Source: Paramecium tetraurelia
Lineage: Eukaryota
Assembly: GCA_000165425.1 (NCBI GenBank)
Contig: CT868296.1
Coordinates: 124,001-188,000 of the forward strand
Length of the DNA: 64,000 nucleotides
Reading direction: 5' to 3'
The translations under genes and the position numbers were made by a program. Positions 56,296 to 64,000 of the stretch are shown piece by piece (position 1 is the stretch's first letter; each line of letters begins with the position of its first letter). The notes under the pieces were generated by a model that was not told the origin of the DNA, made no database searches, and saw only the letters and a program-made list of their open reading frames with translations.

Positions 56296-56390
56296 TTATT
56301 TTTTATTTTAATAATTACTTGTTTCTCATTAAAATGAGAATAATGCATCTATAGGTTTCTAATATTGTACAATAATAAATAAAATATACA

Positions 56391-57275
56391 TTTCTTAGCC
56401 TATTATGCAGCCAAGTCTTCGTCCATTTGTTTGAGTTAGGCACCTCCCCTAAGAAGTCCTGATCGTCTGGCAGCTACAAGACCAACTTTTTGACCTGGTG
56501 GAGCATATCTGGATAAGGTGGATGGATGTCCAATATGTTATTAATTACCTCCACCCTAAGTTAATATTAATCAAAAGAAATACATGAGGATGATCTACTG
56601 GGTTCATGGCAACACCTCTGACTCTAGGCCATACCTTTCTAAGTCTTCTATATTTATGGAATTGTCTTCCTGCTTTGAGGATTGGTTTTTCAGTTCTTCC
56701 ACCTCCAGAAATCAAACCAACTGTGGCTCTGCAAAGTGAACTTAAAGTTTTTCTTGTACCAGAGGGTAATCTAACTCTAGTTTATGCTCCATCATCTGAA
56801 TGACCAATAATAGTAGCATAACATCCTGTAGCTCTTCCTAAAGCACCTTTGTCTCCAGGATGCTCTTCCAAATTGCAAACAACTGTACCTTCTGGAATTG
56901 ATCCAATAGGTAATACATTTCCAGTTGCTAATTATGCTAGAAATTGATGAAAACAATAGAATACCCTTAGCACCGCAATAAATGTATTATCCAGTATAAG
57001 CACCTTCAGGAGCAATAAAGAGTTTAGTTTGTTTTTTGTATTTGTAAGGATCATTAAATTCAACTTTGGCCAATGGAGCTCCTCTTCCTGGATCATGAAT
57101 AATCTCAGAGATCACACCTCTCACATAACCATGTCTCTCAGCATAATCAAGGTGTCTATATTAGGGACTCCCAACTCTTTGATTTTAATGTGCTTTGAAG
57201 ACACTGTTGGATTTACCCTTTCTTTGTGCTAGTAGGATATAAAAGGAGATGCTTACTTCGAATTCTCTTGCCCAT
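56391..57275 (-). CDS. RPL8: 60S ribosomal protein L8 (uL2); expected stop codon missing
   Basis: MGKRIR...[10 protein letters not shown]...[20 protein letters not shown]...[14 protein letters not shown]. Three introns. After ...AQQAKK the next codon is TGT rather than TGA. Confidence 0.96.
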
Positions 57276-57314
57276 ATTTAAAAATATATTTTAAATTTTA
57301 ATATTAATGTTCAT

Positions 57315-58154
57315 TCATTTACCTACTCTTAGATTGTCCCAATGATGCTTATATTTTTTATTATGCAACTCTGTCATAGTTTGATGAAATCGCTCCCTTC
57401 TTTAACTGTTGTATTCCATTAAATCGAGATTTTAAGCATGTTTCTAATTGATTTCTTGAATGGATTCCACTCTTGTTTTCATTGTCCTTTTTTTCCATTG
57501 CTTTCAACAGTTCAGTGGCCAAATTCGAGTTTTTTTATTTTCCTTTTTCGAAACTAGGAATAAATTATGCTTTCTCATTAAATTTATCGTATTTTGTGAT
57601 CATTCTTTCGATCTTAGCTTCTTAAAACATTAGGTAATTGACCTTCCTCGTTTTGACCTCATCGTCTTTAGGCTTGAAGACTACTCAAATGCAAATATTT
57701 TACACGTATTTCCAGTCATTGAGAGATTCTAACTATTCCAAAACCCATCACTATACTTAGTCTTTAAGTGTTAAACCTATCTAAAATCCAAGGAGGGCAA
57801 TGAATGATGAGATCTAAACTAAGAATTTCCATAATTGTAGATCTTCTGACTAACCTTCTCCACTTCCTTTTATATAAACTTTGGCTGATTGCTAAATCTT
57901 TGATTCAAAAACACTTTAATCTTCTCTGGCGAATTCATTTTCTACTCCAGTAGTTCCAAGTATCCTCCAAACTATTCCTTGCCGATATTCTACCTCTTCA
58001 ACGGATCACTAGAATTATCTACATAATATTATTAAATAAATACACCTCTCTGATGTTCTATCTTATGAATCTTTTAGTTTTTCTTCAAAATGTCCTTTAA
58101 TTACTCTTATAACTCTACTCCCCTTTTTGTAACTGTGATTCGTTGGCAAGACAT
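57315..58154 (-). CDS. Hypothetical protein
   Basis: MSCQRITVTKRGVELQ...KYKHHWDNLRVGK*, with two short intron candidates. Confidence 0.65.
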
Positions 58155-58845
58155 AAATAATTAATTAAATAAATGTTTTACAAATTCAAGAACAACCAAT
58201 AATTGAAAAATTCCCAAGAAAAATTAAATAATCCTTCTTAACATTAAAATATCATATATTTAAAACTATTCGCTTTGTTTTAAATTAACAAATTCTTAAG
58301 AATCAACATTCTTAGTAAATCTTAAAGTAAACACTAAATTGTAAACACAATCTTCGATTAAGAGAATTAAAATAAATAATGATGTAATCGATAATACTTC
58401 ATAATTATTGCTTTTAATAATCTATAATTTCTATACACAAAAATGGTTAAAGTTTATTTACATAAAATTCAGGAATCATCTTTATGAATTCATCAAGATT
58501 ATCATGATAGCCACAATAGGTTTGGATTCTATTTTGTAAACTATAACGTTTACAACAACATATCAAATTCAAATAATAATTAAATAATCAAAAACTGAAA
58601 GGAGGTTAAATTTATAATATATTTTAATATTGATATTAAATCATAAGTAGGTTCATCAAAATTTAAGAGATCAAAATCTTATCTTTTTATTGTTTTTATT
58701 ATTATTGTTCTGATTTTATATTCTTTCGAAGTTGCTTCTGACTTATGATCTTTTGTTTCTTATTGATGACTTAAATATGGGATATTATTATTACTTACTA
58801 TAAGATTTTTATATAGTTAATTTGGTAACTTTCGAAATAGATTGC

Positions 58846-61290
58846 TCATACTACCTTATACTTTCTAAGTAATATCTAAATCTTTAGTCTCCCATAATCG
58901 TACATCTTTTAAAATTAAGAAGTTCCTTCAACACCATAACAAATCAAATTCTTCATGATTTTTAGATTAGTAGACAATAAACTAGATATTTCGATTTTTC
59001 TGGAAATAAGTTGTATTTTAATGAATAATTAATAGGCTGCTTCATTGGCTTATTAGTAAATTCTACTAAGATTGAGACAGCTCCAATTAATTAAGTGATT
59101 ATTATTCAGTAAGTGCCTTGTCATCAATTACATCACAGCAGATTTACCAATAGATTTAATGGTCTTACTGACATAATGAGGATCTGTTTCATTAATATAT
59201 ATCATTAATTCATTCAAGACTTAATGAAAATTCTTAGAATTAGCCAAAACCAAGGTACTTGATTCTTTTCCAAAATTTCTTCAATTTTCAAGTAGATCTG
59301 CTTTTCCTACTGTCAAACACTCAATAACTTCTTCGCAGCATTAATCGCATATCAATCTTAGTGCTCCTACTTTCTTTTTCTCAAAATTTCAATCATTCAA
59401 ATCAGCATAAAACTCTTATAATTCACCACTCTATTGATTATTTCCAAAATAAGCCATATAAAATTATATCTAAAATTCTTAAGTAATTCAATTATTTAAA
59501 TTTTATTCTCTAACTCTCTATCTTTACCTATTATTACACCCCAGACTCATATTTAAAAAGCAGTTTTAATTTAAAAGATAAATGTCAAGCGATAATATTT
59601 TTATATTATAATTCAAACTCATTCATTAAATTTTAAACATCCTGTGCTGTTAAACTCTGATCCAAAACCCTTTGTTCAGACTCTTCAATTAGTTCACCTA
59701 CCTTCATTAATTAAGGAACACTTAAATTTTTGGTTTTATACTATTGCTTGACTTCATTAATTCTTCTTTCGCACTAATATCTAAGATCGTGAGTCTAATA
59801 AAGATATGAAATATTAAATCTTACAAGTTAAACATTGCTATCATCTAGTTCCAATTGATCTTCAATTTGAATCATTTCCATAAGTCCTGCATTCTAATCC
59901 TAAATTGGAATGGCTATTTTATTATCTGCAGACATTTGAATCACTCCAAAGTCATCATAATAAAACATAACTAACCTCGCATTAGTAATCAAAAAGGTTT
60001 TAATTAATGCTTAACATCCAATAGGAGGGGGATCATAGAATAATGATATCTCATAAGGCCTAAACTAATCCAATTATTTTATTAAACAATGCTTAAATCT
60101 TAGACACTCACCATTAAGGACGAAATACTCTCTCAAGTTGATCTAATGCATTTAATTGTTATTCTAGTCTTAGGGTTTGATTCCTACAAAGATAGGGAAA
60201 TGTTCAAATAAATTTAAATAATGTTGCATGGATTATTCTCTTTTTAATTGATCCTTCCTTTGAGTAATTAATGTATTGGAAACTGCACATCCTTGACAAA
60301 TAGCTTCAGTTGCATGTATGGTACTTTAGATTTGCTTGCCTTCGAAAATAGTTTTAATGCATTATTATATAATCGGAATTCTAGAACCTCCTCCCAAAGT
60401 TACTATGAGATTAAAATTATAATTTTAGGTCTAATGATAGAGATTGAATAGCAAACTCTGAATCTATTCTAAAACTGGTTATATGATGTTCTCATAATTT
60501 TCCCTTACATAATGAATATTGTTTACCTTGTTAAATTGCAAGTAAAATCAACATCTGGAATAAGTTGCTCAATATCAATATGGGTATCTTTATTTGCACT
60601 TAAGCGTCTTCTAATACTCTCACAAGTATCCAACAATCTCAAATAATATTTACTTGATTTATCTATGGTGATCTTTGCCTGGTTTATAATCCATTCAGCT
60701 AAATAATTGTCCATCTAGAATGTTCCTAGATTTCTATCGAAAACTTCACAGAGAATCTACTCTTAGGATAATAGGAACGCTGTGAATTTTGAATGTCCAA
60801 AATCAATTATCATCATTTCTTTTTGTAGAACATTATTTTGACAATAATTTACATAAGTGCTAATTGCCATATTTTCTGGAATTGCTGCCATGACCTTTAC
60901 TTTGCTTATTTGAATTGCTCTCCACAGTCTGATCAAATCGAATTGGGTGTAAAAATCAGGGTAAGAGATAACAATTGTTCTATCGCAATCTCGCAGCAAT
61001 TTTCTAAGAAAAGCTCCAATCTGTTACTCGGGTTCCAATTTGATCGATTGCCCTTTATACTGAAATGTGTGAGCCTTTTGGAATCCTCTTACAGAATTTA
61101 GAATATTAGATCTATATGAATGTGCTGCTGTGTTTCCAAAGAATCTTTCATGTGTCTAAAATACTATCACATTCTCTGTTTCTCTTGAACCTTCATTGAG
61201 GACTACATCTGCTGAGAATAAGTTGCATTTAGCGAGCAGAGTGTATCTACCTCCTAAATCTATTCCATAACCTTAATATTCTTCTTACAT
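58846..61290 (-). CDS. Divergent Hsp70-superfamily protein, Hsp110/Sse-like (3' end uncertain, may extend to ~58505)
   Basis: GIDLGG, VLNEGSRET, IIDFGHSKF, LGGGSRIP and EAICQGCA motifs, with short introns. First in-frame TGA at 58846-58848. Confidence 0.8.
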
Positions 61291-61327
61291 TAATATGATT
61301 AATAATAATGATTCAGATTAAGAACTT

Positions 61328-63105
61328 ATGTAACAGATTCTTACTCTTTATGCTGATCGAGAAGAGAAGATTAACAAGAATTATCACATTCATTCCAAAT
61401 TCAATTGCGATTGTTCAATATGCCATCATCAACTAATGACTGACAACCAATTAAAAAAGGATTTAATTTATGATGAATTCTATGATCAACCGAGTGATCG
61501 CTATCTACAAGACGAATAGACACATGTGAAATTCATGAGGAAAGATGGAGGATCACAATTATTGCCATAAATCAAAGATCCTATTGATTTCTTAGGTCTT
61601 TCGATTAAAATGATGCAGCCAACAAAAAATGGGAAAACACTGAATCTCAGAGTAATGGATACCTTATTCTTTTATTAAAGAGAACCTTGTGTTTTGGTTT
61701 ATCATGACAAAGACAAAGGTCTTAGAATCATCAGAGATCGGCATCTATTAACTAATTTATAAGAATTAGGTTAGTTTTTAGTAAAAAGAAGAACAGAATA
61801 TGATATAGAATTAAGAGTGGCAACAGAGAAAAGAGAGAACAAAGATTTCAATAATTTGGAATTTGATTAGAAGAGTGCAGAAATATAACAAGGAATTAAG
61901 AAATATGTTTAGAATATTGGAATCTAGAAGGATTTTATCTTAGTTAAATTCAAGAATGGGGGTGAATAGATAATGTCATAGTTAGCGGCTATGTAACTGT
62001 TTGAAAAGAGGAAGATAGATTAAATATGGGACACCATAGTTATGATCTAAGCATACCCATATGATTTTTATGGGAAACTTATTTTTAAAGCAAAAGAGAA
62101 TCCAGAAAAGTTTGAAAACAATAGATTATCTAAATAGTCTCTTAGCAAAGACACGAAGAAATTCAAAGAAGAAGATAAGCCAACGGAAGCAAAGTAGAGT
62201 AAATCAAAAATAGCAGATGATAGTATGAAGTTGACTGAGGAATAAAAATAAAAATTAAATGAATTAAATAAGACTAGATATCAACGTATAACATACATTA
62301 AGGATGATATCAAATATTAAGACCAGTACGATAAAGCCTTAGAGTAAATTTGTTAAATCAACAATCCTAATTTTTAGACTGGCAATCATATCCGTCAACA
62401 TGAACTTTACTTAAAGGAGTTAAAGAAGAAGAGTATGTCATAATATTTATAGTAATACTCTATTATATTGTTAGTTATCACATGTATTAGATTGTACACT
62501 TTTTTGAAGCATATCATCAACGAAAAATAATGAAATTGAGGCTGGATTTTGCTAGGGATGATTTTGATAATCTGTATATAATAGATGCAGGATAATTATA
62601 GTTTATAGATGTAAGAAAGATTGAGTGGGATGAATTGATATTGAAAGAGATATCTTTGATTAATCCAGATTATAAATAGCTAGTCTTAAGAGAAATAGAG
62701 GAGAAGGAGAAGTTGCAAAGGGAGGGTGAAGTGGTAGTCAATCACTAGAGATAGAAATATTTAAAATAGGCTTTTGATGAGGTTGTAGGTTACTTCAGAG
62801 AATAATACAGCAAAGCTATTGATAAATGTGAATCAGAACTGTAAAATCAACCAGATATTGATAAGACTGATGAAATCTTTAAAAAAATCAATCCGAGAGC
62901 AGATTTGAAATTCTCAGAAATGTTAGCTATTCATAAACCTGACGAGATCATTAGACAGAAGGATTTATTGAGCAATTTCAGAATTGAATTAAGCAAGATT
63001 TTTGAGTCAATAGAAATATTATCGATAATCTAAGTAATTGGTTGAGAGTAAAGAGAGATACAAGAAATAGTTGAGATTAAGTGCTAGTAAATTATCAGCA
63101 GTTGA
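61328..63105 (+). CDS. Hypothetical protein with N-terminal His/Cys cluster (HIH...CDCSIC)
   Basis: ~580-codon code-6 frame with one intron near 62452-62474. Confidence 0.75.
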
Positions 63106-63178
63106 TTTGAGATCATCTTCGAAATATGCATTCACTACTAAATGAAAATTTATTAACTTAATATGTAATATGAAGTAA

Positions 63179-63574
63179 TCAAAATTGGAGCAATTCATGG
63201 AGAATATAGTTTTAAATTTCCCTTAATTCTCTTTAAAGTGCAGATAAATTTGATTTAGTTTCTGTCTTAAACTATGCAACGACTTGCAGCATTTATAATT
63301 TTATTATTCTTAATTTAATCTGTTGCTTCTGTTCTTCAGTGATCTCAGTTTTCTGTAAGGTTTCATATAAGGAATTTTCAGTTTCTTAAATTTCGCTTAT
63401 GGTGTTAGTTAATTTTTATGTGATTGTATTCAAAGTTGTTGTATTATTAAGTTCGTAGTATTATTTAAAAGTTGGTATTTAAATATTCTTATTTTCTTTC
63501 TCTTAATCGTTAGGGTAATATTTGGTTTCGTAGTTTTCGGACAAATGCGAAACCGTACTATTGTTTGAATTCAT
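63179..63574 (-). CDS. Hypothetical 131-aa coiled-coil protein
   Basis: Intronless 132-codon code-6 ORF MNSNNSTVSHLSENY...ILHELLQF*, absent from the ORF track. Confidence 0.7.
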
Positions 63575-63619
63575 CTAACAGATAATTAAGATATTCTGAA
63601 TGTATATAATTAAAATTAA

Positions 63620-64000
63620 ATGATTCATTTATCTAGAGGATTGAAGAATCAACTTAGACAAGTCACAATTCAAAACTTTGCTAATTCTACTAGAGTACCC
63701 AATCCTTTTGCACATCATGACGATCACGGAGACCATGACGATCATGGAGATCACGGTCATGGAGATCATGGACATGGAGATCATGGTCATGGACATGGTG
63801 ATCATGGACATGGAGTACCTCATGGTAGAGGCAGACCCAAGGTCGAATTCAATACAATTACTCAACATAGAGATCACTAGAACTTATATACTTATTTATG
63901 AGTGTAATCATTCATTATTGAATCATAGAGGGTCCTGGCTATATGCATTATCCAGGTGTCAATTACAATGAAGCTCATGGCAAACCCTATGACTGGAGAG
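63620..64000 (+). CDS. Mitochondrion-targeted His-rich protein, possibly ciliate complex I subunit NDUFB8-like; 3' end outside window
   Basis: Basic presequence-like N-terminus, an (HGD/HGH)n tract, then after probable introns GPGYMHYPG...HGKPYDWR. The NDUB8 resemblance is recalled (His tract followed by YDWRD in the Tetrahymena subunit), not searched. Confidence 0.6.

Noticed and set aside
56323..56340. Perfect short inverted repeat TTCTCATT-AA-AATGAGAA
   Set aside because: It has 8-bp AT-rich arms with no flanking duplication or other copies seen, so it cannot be told from chance.
63501..63591. Long imperfect hairpin with a UUCG loop (GGTTTCG...CGAAACC) suggesting an ncRNA
   Set aside because: It lies inside the 5' end of a clean 131-aa minus-strand CDS. 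Much of the pairing depends on G-U pairs that vanish on the coding strand, and I recognise no ncRNA family motif.
63842..63930. Apparent premature TGA (63899-63901) in the His-rich mitochondrial gene
   Set aside because: A plausible intron starting at 63842 (to 63870 or 63872) plus a second at ~63902/63904-63928 restores the frame, so no readthrough or frameshift is needed.

Overview
AT-rich, gene-dense ciliate macronuclear DNA, almost certainly Paramecium (aurelia-complex-like). TAA/TAG read as Gln and TGA is the only stop (genetic code 6). Introns are 20-31 nt GT-AG and intergenic spacers are often under 50 bp. The supplied ORF track uses the standard code and ignores introns, so it fragments every gene; I re-translated by eye in code 6. 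About 30 protein genes and one tRNA-Lys(CTT) are supported. Recognisable products include a RanBPM/GID1-like SPRY-LisH-CTLH protein, MORN proteins, a Rab1-like GTPase, a SNF1/MARK-type kinase, CSN7, four ribosomal proteins (L39, L15, S11, L8), a TRF4-like nucleotidyltransferase, MCM3, a ~3,900-aa HECT E3, an E2, an IQ-DH-PH RhoGEF, a giant GBP, pICln and an Hsp110-like protein. I saw no mobile element, CRISPR array, telomere or rRNA. The best leads are: a tandem pair of tiny paralogous PP1-docking-motif proteins that the ORF track misses, next to the kinase; a tail-anchored TPR protein with three CPF heme-regulatory-like motifs; a MORN-Ulp1/SENP protease fusion; a canonical E2F site upstream of MCM3; an initiator-like T-loop in tRNA-Lys; and three single-base lesions (RPL15, RPL8, pseudokinase-MORN) that may be assembly errors or recent pseudogenisation. 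None amounts to a clearly established new system.
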